Shown here piece by piece: positions 35,379-43,994 of a stretch of 64,000 nt of DNA; the first letter of the stretch is position 1, and each line of letters starts with the position of its first letter. The position numbers were made by a program, and so were the translations under genes. The notes under the pieces were generated by a model. That model did no database searches. It was not told the origin of the DNA and worked only from the letters and a program-made list of their open reading frames with translations. This DNA comes from Desulfurococcales archaeon (GTDB taxonomy: Archaea > Thermoproteota > Thermoprotei_A > Sulfolobales > Acidilobaceae): NCBI GenBank assembly GCA_015520195.1, contig WAQN01000131.1:565-64564 (forward strand). The letters are read 5' to 3'.

Positions 35379-35645
35379 CTAGTTACCCCCATTCTGTTTT
35401 ACAGCTCTGACTTCATAGTATCCTATTAGATCATCTCTTTCTATTATATCATATGTGAATCCCTCGTCCTCGAGTGTTTCAAGTAGTATAGAGAAGGGAA
35501 ATACCGTGTCTTCACCGCGGATCTCTATTATATCACCTGGATTAGAATCCATGATCGCGGATACAAGTTTAACACTTGGCTTATCCCTACACCCCTTATA
35601 TGCCTCATAAGTGAAATCTAATTTAATCACCTTCCCTACCTTCAT
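35379..35645 (-). CDS. Small TusA/SirA-like protein with a non-canonical Cys motif (tentative)
   Basis: 88 aa, ending 3 nt before the desulfurase start. KLDFTYEAYKGCRDKPSVKLVSAIMDSNPGDIIEIRGED parallels TusA LDxxGLxCPxPxxxxxxxLxxxxxGxxLxVxxDD, but has C-R-D-K-P where TusA has C-P-x-P. Confidence 0.4.
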   Translation of the reverse strand: MKVGKVIKLDFTYEAYKGCRDKPSVKLVSAIMDSNPGDIIEIRGEDTVFPFSILLETLEDEGFTYDIIERDDLIGYYEVRAVKQNGGN

Positions 35646-35736
35646 ATGTAACCCCCTATCTGTATAGTGTTATACACGGAGAGATAATTTACTGTAGCTA
35701 TATTATAATATATTTTCGACTGCGAGAGGAAAGCCT

Positions 35737-36246
35737 ATGAGTGGAGAAATCTGTTTTAAACCGATAGGCGTTGTAGAGAAGGGTCTGCCTAGGCTATCTG
35801 CGAGGAGGGAGCATAGATCTAGGTATGAAATTGAATCAATAATTAGGATATACGAGGAATACGTTGAAGGGTTGGAAGGTATCGAGGAATACTCACATAT
35901 AATAGTAATATATGTCATGCATGAAGAGGATAGAGTCAGAATTAAAGTTAAACCGTGGGGACGTGATGATTTACCTGAAGTCGGCATATTCGCTACCCGT
36001 TTCCCGCCAAGGCCTAATCACATTGCATTAAGTGTTGTGGAGCTCATAAGAGTCGAACCTCCTAAACTAAAAGTTAGGGGGTTAGACGCGTGGAGTGGTT
36101 CTCCTGTTATAGACATAAAGCCTTATGACTACTATGACGTGGTTAGAAATCCCAGGATCCCAGAATGGCTCCTCTCGAGGTGGAATGAAAGAGCCAACCT
36201 CTATAGGAGGATTGCTCCCTGGCTTGGACCTCAGAGTCCCGGTTGA
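35737..36246 (+). CDS. trmO: TrmO/TsaA (YaeB, UPF0066) family tRNA methyltransferase
   Basis: FKPIGVVEKG..., YSHIIVIYVMH, TRFPPRPNHIALSVVELIRVE..LKVRGLDAWSGSPVIDIKPY. Confidence 0.85.
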   Translation: MSGEICFKPIGVVEKGLPRLSARREHRSRYEIESIIRIYEEYVEGLEGIEEYSHIIVIYVMHEEDRVRIKVKPWGRDDLPEVGIFATRFPPRPNHIALSVVELIRVEPPKLKVRGLDAWSGSPVIDIKPYDYYDVVRNPRIPEWLLSRWNERANLYRRIAPWLGPQSPG

Positions 36247-36365
36247 GGACATTAAAGTTGTTCCCCGCTTTTAACCCTCATCATCGGACTGTATTTACAG
36301 TGTACTACTCCCATTTATTCCTATTGAATCTAGCAAAGTAATATTAATCTCACTGGTGAGTTAAA

Positions 36366-36614
36366 GTGGCATTCGAAGATCTATACCAGGCTGCTGAGAA
36401 GTTCAAGGAGCTAGGTGTAGTGCCAAACGCTGACTTCGGCTACTATCTAGTCTTCGCTGGCCTTATACTATTATCGATCCTAGCTATAGGAGCTGCCATA
36501 TTCGGCTTAGCCAAGGCTACAAGGCTACTTAGCAACATGACTCCCAGTGGCTTGCTGAAAACCTTGCTGGTAGTGTCTGGCATATTCATATTCGCTGGGC
36601 TATTACTACCCTAA
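36366..36614 (+). CDS. Small two-TM membrane protein, hypothetical
   Basis: 82 aa with a GTG start and two hydrophobic helices (YLVFAGLILLSILAIGAAIFGLA, LLVVSGIFIFAGLLL). Confidence 0.4.
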   Translation: MAFEDLYQAAEKFKELGVVPNADFGYYLVFAGLILLSILAIGAAIFGLAKATRLLSNMTPSGLLKTLLVVSGIFIFAGLLLP

Positions 36615-36621
36615 GGCGCCT

Positions 36622-37275
36622 CTAAGCCGTGGCTGCTCTTTCTTCAAGTTTTCTCTTAAGCATCTTAAGCCTAACGAAGTCTTCTCTCATCCTTTCATCT
36701 AATACGCTCTTTATATACTTTATAGACTGAGCATAGCTTGGCAGTATTACATAGTCCATAGCGTTTATCAGCCTCTGTGTCTCCTTAAGTTCTTCAATTA
36801 ACAATCTTAACGCTTCTTCATACTCAGCCATTTTTAGAATAGAGGGCAGCAACTCTCTAAGCATGACAACACTAGAGTAAAGGCTTGGACTAACGGCTGG
36901 AGGTAGTGATATTTCTGGGACACTATCCCTGGCCAGCATGAATGTCGGCGTCTTAACCGCAAATAGAACCCTAACGCCAATCCCTATGGATAGAGTCTGC
37001 GGTGTCGCCTCAGCATAGGACTCGACTCTTCCAATACCCTCTTCGGCTACCCCCTTGTAGTATTCGGTGAAAAGGTCGTTTATCTTATTAAACACCTCGA
37101 GCTGGTATCTATTATACTCGTCCGCCGCGCTTTTGATGTAATGTAGCAAAACCTCTCTCTTCTCCTCCATGACTCCACGTATCTTTTTAAGCATCTTCTC
37201 CTCTCGCCTAAGCCTGATAAGGTTTATCTTAGTCGGCAGCACTTTTCTAGGGTCGATAGCCAAATCTCCTAACAC
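36622..37275 (-). CDS. atpD: A/V-type ATP synthase subunit D
   Basis: VLPTKINLIRLRREEKMLKKIRGVMEEKREVLLHYI plus a C-terminal coiled-coil segment. It is encoded apart from the other atp genes in this window. Confidence 0.8.
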   Translation of the reverse strand: MLGDLAIDPRKVLPTKINLIRLRREEKMLKKIRGVMEEKREVLLHYIKSAADEYNRYQLEVFNKINDLFTEYYKGVAEEGIGRVESYAEATPQTLSIGIGVRVLFAVKTPTFMLARDSVPEISLPPAVSPSLYSSVVMLRELLPSILKMAEYEEALRLLIEELKETQRLINAMDYVILPSYAQSIKYIKSVLDERMREDFVRLKMLKRKLEERAATA

Positions 37276-37663
37276 CGAGTCTGCCTATAGTGTCTGGTAG
37301 AGGAATATTAGTTTAAACCTTTAGACTATAACCAAACCATATCCACTTTAACGATTCCTAGCCACTCTATACCATTGCCTCTAAGCCTTCAATGTCGAGT
37401 TAGCCATAATGTTTAACAACGACCTGCCTATGGTTTTAGCTTTATAGTTTAATATTCACTCATAGCCTAGACTAGGCGCTGTGTTATCTCGTGTTATTTA
37501 TGTTCTTCTTGTTGATCTTGGTTAATCTTTATTGTGTTTCACCTAAAGGGGAAAATATGAAGGCAGCTACCGACTTATATTATAGTCCATAAGTCTATAA
37601 GTATTTCATTCATTTACTATTGTCCCTGTAGCTTTACTGGCTGGCACATAGAAAGAGTTTTAT

Positions 37664-38245
37664 TTATTGTATTAATTTCAGTTTCAGTTTTACTGCTTCT
37701 CGTATAATCTTATATGTTGACTCTACATCGTATATACTTGTGTCTACTATTACATGAAAAATGGTGAGGTCCCTTATATCGAGTCCATAATATTTTAGAA
37801 ATCTCCTCCTATGACTGTTTTCTCTCTCGACTATTTCTGTATATGCTTGTTTAAGTGGTATGGAGTCTCTCTTGGCTATTCTCTCGGCTCTAACGTTTAA
37901 TGGTGCTTTAACATATATGAGCACGTCGGCTTTGTCGTGAAGAAGCCATGCTGCTAAGTGACTGTCTATTACAACTCCACCTTTTGATGCTATCCTCATG
38001 GTTTCTTTATCTATTTCAAGGTCTATTCGTGGGTCTTCTTCAGCCATTTCATTTAGCCTAGATAGACTGACTCCTAGCTTCTTGGCTAGTTCCCTGAAGA
38101 TCTGGCCAGTAGTATAGTATTCTAGGCCGAGCTCGCTAGCTAGCCTCTTTGCGTAGGTAGATTTCCCAGAACCCGGGGGTCCTGACACTACTATGACTGG
38201 GCTAGTATTGATTCTCTTAAGAGGTCTGCTAGGCACTTCGGGCAA
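37664..38245 (-). CDS. cmk: Archaeal-type cytidylate kinase (P-loop NMP kinase)
   Basis: VIVVSGPPGSGKSTYAKRLASELGLEYYTTGQIFRE, in the conserved L14e-cbf5-L34e-cmk position. The ATG at 38245 overlaps the L34e 3' end by 55 nt. Confidence 0.7.
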   Translation of the reverse strand: MPEVPSRPLKRINTSPVIVVSGPPGSGKSTYAKRLASELGLEYYTTGQIFRELAKKLGVSLSRLNEMAEEDPRIDLEIDKETMRIASKGGVVIDSHLAAWLLHDKADVLIYVKAPLNVRAERIAKRDSIPLKQAYTEIVERENSHRRRFLKYYGLDIRDLTIFHVIVDTSIYDVESTYKIIREAVKLKLKLIQ

Positions 38246-38463
38246 AGTACTCCACCGTATGGCCTCTCAGGTCTCTTCCTTGTCTTATTGAGGCTTCTAA
38301 GCTCACTTGGCCTCAACCTAGGCACTCCGTTTAATGGTTTACCGCACCTAGCACATCTAGCTATGCCAGGCTTCCTCCTTTCATATAATACTATGTGTCT
38401 TCCGCCTGGGCTTCTTCTATGTATCCTCCTCATAGACCTACTACGCAGCGAGGGCCTCACCAT
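38191..38463 (-). CDS. rpl34e: 50S ribosomal protein L34e (eL34)
   Basis: MVRPSLRSRSMRRIHRRSPGGRHIVLYERRKPGIARCARCGKPLNGV...VLCPKCL. The start is taken at the internal ATG 38463 rather than the track start 38514. Confidence 0.9.
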   Translation of the reverse strand: MVRPSLRSRSMRRIHRRSPGGRHIVLYERRKPGIARCARCGKPLNGVPRLRPSELRSLNKTRKRPERPYGGVLCPKCLADLLRESILAQS

Positions 38464-38548
38464 AGGCTGGTCCCCCAGCGTTGTAGGCTTCCAGGGATTT
38501 ATCCTTGGAGTCATTAGTGGTTTAAATTAATTCTTGTCTATATAGCAT

Positions 38549-39709
38549 CTACATAGCCTTAGCTTTGCTCTTCCAAGCCCTGGGATAGAGGCCTGGCTCC
38601 ATTATTATCCTTTCAGGTTTAAAAGCCTCGCCTTTATTGGACTCGATTATCTCCTGGGTAGTCATTAATGCTCTTGCTAGGCCTATTAACTCGCCTTTTA
38701 GTGTTAGAAGTGCTACTAGGTCCCCTTTCTTGATATTCTCATGCAGCCTGGCTATTCCTGGCACAGCTAATATGGCTCCGTGAACTACGCTTTCGACAGC
38801 TGTATCCCTTAATACTACCTTAGGTAGATGGCATATGGTGAACTCCCCTGGAAGCACATATTTCCTTAGTAGGTCGTCTTTACCCTCACTTTTAAGCCTG
38901 TAGAGGGCTTCTGCTAGGTCATGTAGCCTCACTAGGTTTCTATCTTCATGGAATGGGCCTGTCCTAGTCCTCCTGAGCTCTCTCATGTGAGCCCCGACGC
39001 CAAGCACAAGGCCTATATCCCAGCATAGCTTTCTCATATAGGTGCCTGCCTCACAGTCTACTCTTAACAGCGCATATTTCCCGGTGTACTCGATTAACTC
39101 TATGGAATTAATCCTCTTCTTCCTTATAGCCCTCTTAACGCTGCTCCTAACTGGAGGCTTCTGGTATATAACCCCTGTAAACTCGTTTAACACTCTCCTC
39201 AGCTTATCTTCTTCAACAGGCTTATGTAGCTGCATAACACACACGTACTCCTTAGTTGAATGTATTACGCTCCCAACTACCCTGGTTACCCTCTTCAACG
39301 CTACTGGCAGCACACCAGTGACTTTGGGGTATCCCCGCCCCTACGCGGTGCATAGGGGCTCTAGGGTCCCCCCGTGGCCTGCCCTATCTATATCGAACAT
39401 CCTCTTAACCCAGGCTACGACTTCATGACTAGTGGGTCCAGGCGGCTTATCCAGGTTTATGACGCCATATTCTATATACTTATCCAGAGGCCTCATCCTC
39501 GGCAGCCATCCATACTCTGGGTTGGTTGGTTCATCATGCTTAATTATCCACTTCCTGTTGAACCCGCAGAATTCATCTATCTCTCTAATAAAGTCCAAGC
39601 CTAGCCTAGTTACATCGATGCCTTCCAGCCTATGCACACCTCCAATGAATCCATTTAAGGAATGAATAGTTAGGGATAAATTTAGAGTTATACCAGTTCC
39701 AGTATGCAC
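38549..39709 (-). CDS. cbf5: tRNA/rRNA pseudouridine synthase Cbf5 (H/ACA RNP catalytic subunit); join(39709..39361, 39330..38549) after removing a 30-nt intron
   Basis: Track ORFs 39341..39709 and 38549..39313 are in the same frame, separated by an in-frame TAG. Exon 1 ends ...[35 protein letters not shown]. Exon 2 continues [18 protein letters not shown]... and includes a C-terminal PUA domain. Splicing gives the catalytic GHGGTLDPKVTG. The exon 1 start codon is uncertain (ATG 39709 or an internal GTG). Confidence 0.9.
39331..39360 (-). other. Bulge-helix-bulge (BHB) intron in the cbf5 pre-mRNA, 30 nt
   Basis: The RNA is AGCCCCUAUGCACCGCGUAGGGGCGGGGAU. Outer helix: GGGG/CCCC. Central 4-bp helix: CCCU (exon 1) with GGGG (intron 3' end). 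3-nt bulges: AG|A and AU|A. Inner helix: GCCCCUA/UAGGGGC closed by a 9-nt loop. Cutting after the second bulge nucleotide joins CUA G + AC CCC, giving L-D-P. Confidence 0.85.
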
Positions 39710-39723
39710 CTAATCGCCTAGGA

Positions 39724-40011
39724 CTATATCAGGGGAGCTGGTTTAACCTTCTCTTTCATGAAGTCTACTAGGCCGGCTTCCTCAAGCGCCTTCAATATCT
39801 CCTCATCCGATGCACCCTTATTTATCTCAATTTTCTTGTCTAGAGGTTCAATATGGTCTATGTTAGCCCTCCTCCTCTTAACGCCAGTCAGGTTCTTCGG
39901 CCCTGTTATCAATACGAAGTTCTCATCTATTATGTCTACTATAACACACTTTCTCCCAGCCTCTCTACCATACGTTTTAACGCAGAGCCTACCAACCTCT
40001 ATAGCGGGCAT
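39724..40011 (-). CDS. rpl14e: 50S ribosomal protein L14e (eL14)
   Basis: [57 protein letters not shown]. Confidence 0.92.
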   Translation of the reverse strand: MPAIEVGRLCVKTYGREAGRKCVIVDIIDENFVLITGPKNLTGVKRRRANIDHIEPLDKKIEINKGASDEEILKALEEAGLVDFMKEKVKPAPLI

Positions 40012-40323
40012 CAGCCTCTACACCCCACAACCACTTATCCTGGAAGGAATAATACTACGCTTTAAAATATTACCAAGCCAGACACTGAAAATTAGAGATT
40101 AATTACATGCACTATACTAGCATCTAATCACCTGTACACCTATATTTAAAATATGACTACTATATTCAAAGAAAAATATAATGAGGAATAGGAGGCAGAT
40201 CTCATAAGTATCTGATTTAGTGATATAGCACCCTAACCGGGTAGGCGTAGAATAAATCTCATATTACACCTCGAAGACACACTTAAGAAACTACTAAACG
40301 AAGGAAACAGAGACATTCCATCA

Positions 40324-40411
40324 TGGTGCGGGGGGTGGGATTTGAACCCACGCTGGCCTACGCCAACGGGTCTTGAGCCCGCCCCCTTGGCCCTGGCTCG
40401 GGCACCCCCGC
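40324..40411 (-). tRNA. tRNA-Leu (anticodon CAA), 88 nt, genomically encoded CCA, no intron
   Basis: The minus-strand sequence is GCGGGGGTGCCCGAGCCAGGGCCAAGGGGGCGGGCTCAAGACCCGTTGGCGTAGGCCAGCGTGGGTTCAAATCCCACCCCCCGCACCA. Acceptor stem GCGGGGG/CCCCCGC. Anticodon stem GCGGG/CCCGU with loop CUCAAGA. Long variable arm. T arm GTGGG-TTCAAAT-CCCAC. The track ORF 40233..40460 is spurious. Confidence 0.95.
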
Positions 40412-40466
40412 TTGTTCCAGTTATTTTGGTATAGTTGTCATGGGTTTTTTGTTTTAGCATTCAATT

Positions 40467-41909
40467 CTATATGATGGGAGCGAAGGATTGTATGAGTAGT
40501 GGTGCTGTTATTCCTAGTAGGGTTATCAGTATAGCTGCTATTATTAGTGATGCCTCGGTTGTATCGGTTATCTCTGCTTTTTCACCTGCCTGTTCTGTCC
40601 TCAGCATTTCCCTTATCATTCTTATGTAGTAAGCCGAGCTTATCCCGCTGTTTATCAGTGCTATTGCTACGAGTAGTAGTGAGTAGCCAGCTGCGGCTAG
40701 GAACAAGTATAGTTTGCCCCAGAATCCTAGTAGTGGTGGTAAACCTAGTAGGCTTAATATGAGCATCATAACAGCTAGCGTGACCCCCCTACCCCTGGCC
40801 GCTAGCTTCTTTAGGTCTGCCAAGTCCCTCCCCGCCTCTGGTATCATGGCAAATAATGGAGCCTTTGCTAGTGCATAAGCTATAGACTGGAGAGCTACAG
40901 CGGCTAGGGCTATGGACGTGGCTTCTGGGCTTGTGTCAGCAAAATACGCGGCTGCGGATAAACCTACTAGTATGTAGCCCACCTGGGCTATGCTGCTGTA
41001 TGCTAGTATGGCTTGTACATTTCTCGGTGTCAAGGCTGCTATGTTACCGTAGGTCATAGTTGCTACAGCTAATGCGGCTAGCCCCGCTGCTATATACTTA
41101 GATGCTGGGACTCCAGCATAGGCTAGTGGACTCCTTGAGGCTTCAACTATTATTCTAGCTATTACGGCTATGAAGCCCAGTTTTGCTATACCAGCTACTA
41201 CAGCTATAACCCTGCCATCCCCTCTGCCGTAGACGCTTGGAAGCCACCAGTGGAAGGGGGCTACACCCACTTTGAATCCTAATGCTGCTATTATAGCTGT
41301 GAAGGCTAGAGCCGAGATCTTATCATCAGTATATGATGATAGCCTAAAGCCTTCAAGTCCAACGCTGCTAGCTACCACTACATTCGAGGCTGCCCATAGG
41401 CCTATTAGTAGTGTAGCCACGGCTCCAACCATTATGTATCTTGAAGACGCTACTGCGCTATCCAGGTCATCTGGTAGCGCTACGATCACGTAGCTTATAA
41501 CAGAGACTAGTAGCCATCCTGCCAGCACTACTAGGGTATCCATAGCCCCTGCGAGATAGAATACTCCGAAGAGGGTCAGAGGTAATAAGCTGTATAGTGC
41601 AGGGTGAGTTGACCAGTATGATGCCTTCCTTTCAATGGATATTAGCACTAGGAGGGCTGTGAGGCCTGAGCCTAAGACCATTGCCGACGTAAAGGAGTCG
41701 TGTACCACTAGTCCATTATAGAATCTAACCTGACCGTTACCAGCCAGCGATAGCAGAATGACCCCAGCTATCGTGTATAGTATCGTAGATGCAAAGGCTA
41801 TGGCTAAATGTACTCTTACACGCCTCACTCCAAAGGAGTAGATTAAGGGTACTGCGAGTGATGCTATAAGGGTTACATATATCAGAACCTCTACTACACG
41901 TTCTATCAT
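40467..41909 (-). CDS. nuoN: NADH-quinone oxidoreductase subunit N-like antiporter subunit
   Basis: 480 aa, about 14 TM, with PFHWWLPSVYG and AYSSIAQVGYILVG. Last gene of the nuo operon. Confidence 0.85.
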   Translation of the reverse strand: MIERVVEVLIYVTLIASLAVPLIYSFGVRRVRVHLAIAFASTILYTIAGVILLSLAGNGQVRFYNGLVVHDSFTSAMVLGSGLTALLVLISIERKASYWSTHPALYSLLPLTLFGVFYLAGAMDTLVVLAGWLLVSVISYVIVALPDDLDSAVASSRYIMVGAVATLLIGLWAASNVVVASSVGLEGFRLSSYTDDKISALAFTAIIAALGFKVGVAPFHWWLPSVYGRGDGRVIAVVAGIAKLGFIAVIARIIVEASRSPLAYAGVPASKYIAAGLAALAVATMTYGNIAALTPRNVQAILAYSSIAQVGYILVGLSAAAYFADTSPEATSIALAAVALQSIAYALAKAPLFAMIPEAGRDLADLKKLAARGRGVTLAVMMLILSLLGLPPLLGFWGKLYLFLAAAGYSLLLVAIALINSGISSAYYIRMIREMLRTEQAGEKAEITDTTEASLIIAAILITLLGITAPLLIQSFAPII

Positions 41910-41915
41910 AACCCT

Positions 41916-43994
41916 TCACCTCCCCCAGAACAAGTATAACAGTAGTAGTGCTAGTGAGATGAAGTAGGCGTACATGGCCAGATAATAGTCTGTTCTCCCC
42001 CTATGCAGCACTCTTAAAGCCATAGCACCTAACGCTCCCAGCATTGGGACGCCAGCATGATATATAGTGTCTATTATGCTGTCTAGCGCGTACATTGCAT
42101 AGGCAGCGTATGAGAATGACCCTACTATAACTATATAATATATCGAGTTGATATACCATCTATCGAATAAAAAGTCGTGGAGGTACCTGGCTAGAGTATT
42201 CCTTTCAATTAGATCTCTGAAATCCACTCTTGCAATGGAGTATAAGTAATACACGCTACCGATAGATCCAAGTACTAAGGCTATGACAACGCCAGTAACG
42301 CCTGTCAGTTCAACCGAGAGTTTAGCCTTCTCTACCAGGCCTATCGTGAGCTCGGATGCCTTAGAAAGTAAACCTGAAGTATAACTCCACCCAACACCTA
42401 GCGCTAGGGAAGCTATAGCCAATACCAGGTAGGGGATCAACATTAACTTGGGAGCTTCATGAGCCTTTACATGGGAATCAGCTTCTAACGGTTCCAAATG
42501 CATTACCCTAAGAATCATTCTTATCGTGTACGCTGCCGTCAGGCCAGCAGTAACCACTGCAAGGAAGAATATCCATGAAACACCCGCCTCCTCGGCATAG
42601 TGAATCACAAGCTCCTTAGAGAAGAACCCACTAAGCGGGGGTATGCCTGCAAGGCTTAAACCAGCCAGCCAGAGTGATATGGCAGTTAGCTTCATGTATC
42701 TTGCATATCCACCCATTCTATCTATGAATCTACTATGGGCTACGTGTATAAGCCATCCAGCTACAAGGAATAACGCTGCCTTAAACACTGCATGGCTTAC
42801 TAGGTGAGATAACCCAGCCATAACACTAGAGGCCACCTCCTCCATTCCAGCAAATCCTAATAGCAAGCCTGCCGACGCGGCTGCAATGAACATGTACCCC
42901 AACTGGCTAGCGGTGGAGTAGGCTAGAATCAATTTAAGCTCGTTAGATACAAGAGCCATTGTAGCCAAGGCAAATGCCGTTATAGCACCAAGGCCAGCCA
43001 CGATCAAGAAGTAATCACGTAACCCCTCCACCACCGCCTGCGTGCCCAATGCTATGGCTCCAGCTATAAGGATAGGGGCAAACCTAAGCATGAAGTATAC
43101 TCCCGCTTTAACCATTGTAGCGGCATGTATGAGGGCTGACACAGGGGTCGGGCCAGTCATTGCTGTGACAAGCCATTCATGGAATGGGAATTGCGCGCTC
43201 TTAGCCAGAGCACCGAGCGTAAACACTAATAGTATAGCCGGGAGTATGCCCTTAGATGCCAGTTCAGCAAGCCAGCCAGTAGCAGTTGACGCAAGTTCAG
43301 GTATAACAAGGGTGCCCGAAGCTAGGTAAATAGCCGCTATACCGATAACAAGTCCTACATCCCCCACACGGGTGAAGAGTACTGCCCTAACGGCGCTATG
43401 ACTAGGCTCGAAATACATGGGCTTTCCTAGAGCCCTCCTGCCAGGTACGCCTACCCACTTATCCTCCTCATCAGTATACCAGTGGCCTATCAGTGCATAG
43501 CTCGCAAGGCCCGTACCTTCCCAGCCTATGAATAAGAGTATTAAGTTATCCGCCAGTACAACTAGCTGCATGCTAGCCACGAAGAATGTGAATATGATGA
43601 AGTATCTAGGGAACCCCCAGTCCCCCTCCATGTATTTAAGGCTATAAACGGCTATTAGAAAGCTAAGCCACGACACAACTAATGCCATAACAGCCCCTAG
43701 ACCATCTATATATGTGCCGAAGGTGACCCCTAGCCACGGGAACCATGCCACTGATGCTTTAGCGTATATGGCGTTGTCCGTGAACACCCTATATGCTGCT
43801 AGTGTAGAGATTAGAGCTGATAAGAGGATAGAAGCTACACTAACAAGTCCATAAAGCCTTTCACCCTTAAACCCGGCGATATAGGCTAGGCTTAACACTA
43901 ATGCCCCTAGATAGGGTAATAGCCATGTCAATGACCAAGGCAGGAAACCCGTGATTGTATATGACAAGGGCTCAGACATCCTAACCACCTCCAA
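41916..43994 (-). CDS. nuoL: NADH-quinone oxidoreductase subunit L
   Basis: 692 aa with FIGWEGTGLASYALIGHWY, PVSALIHAATMVKAGVY, AYSTASQLGYMF and a long C-terminal extension. Confidence 0.88.
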   Translation of the reverse strand: MEVVRMSEPLSYTITGFLPWSLTWLLPYLGALVLSLAYIAGFKGERLYGLVSVASILLSALISTLAAYRVFTDNAIYAKASVAWFPWLGVTFGTYIDGLGAVMALVVSWLSFLIAVYSLKYMEGDWGFPRYFIIFTFFVASMQLVVLADNLILLFIGWEGTGLASYALIGHWYTDEEDKWVGVPGRRALGKPMYFEPSHSAVRAVLFTRVGDVGLVIGIAAIYLASGTLVIPELASTATGWLAELASKGILPAILLVFTLGALAKSAQFPFHEWLVTAMTGPTPVSALIHAATMVKAGVYFMLRFAPILIAGAIALGTQAVVEGLRDYFLIVAGLGAITAFALATMALVSNELKLILAYSTASQLGYMFIAAASAGLLLGFAGMEEVASSVMAGLSHLVSHAVFKAALFLVAGWLIHVAHSRFIDRMGGYARYMKLTAISLWLAGLSLAGIPPLSGFFSKELVIHYAEEAGVSWIFFLAVVTAGLTAAYTIRMILRVMHLEPLEADSHVKAHEAPKLMLIPYLVLAIASLALGVGWSYTSGLLSKASELTIGLVEKAKLSVELTGVTGVVIALVLGSIGSVYYLYSIARVDFRDLIERNTLARYLHDFLFDRWYINSIYYIVIVGSFSYAAYAMYALDSIIDTIYHAGVPMLGALGAMALRVLHRGRTDYYLAMYAYFISLALLLLYLFWGR

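Noticed and set aside
36226-36290. Possible C/D-box sRNA on the minus strand across the trmO 3' end. The C box GAUGAUGA is at 36285..36278 and the D box CUGA at 36234..36231, 43 nt apart.
   Set aside because: The spacing is right for an archaeal C/D sRNA. But there are no recognisable internal D'/C' boxes (GGGA and UUAAUG at best), only about 2 bp of terminal stem, and half of it is antisense to coding sequence. That is too weak to call without expression data or a target match.
38549-39709. cbf5 read as a pseudogene with an in-frame stop, or as two independent genes
   Set aside because: Both halves are intact and in the same frame, and every family motif is conserved. The interruption is exactly 30 nt with a near-canonical BHB fold, and its removal restores the catalytic GTLDP. 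An intron explains the data much better than decay.
40012-40323. 312-bp AT-rich spacer on the 3' side of tRNA-Leu as a possible integration scar (att site) or ncRNA
   Set aside because: I found no second copy of any tRNA 3'-half segment (such as ATTTGAACCC) elsewhere in the window, no integrase nearby, and no GC-rich structured segment. It most simply holds the rpl14e promoter.
40233-40460. 75-aa minus-strand ORF
   Set aside because: It overlaps the tRNA-Leu(CAA) gene; the GGARARAKGAGSRPVG stretch is simply the translated tRNA. Not a gene.
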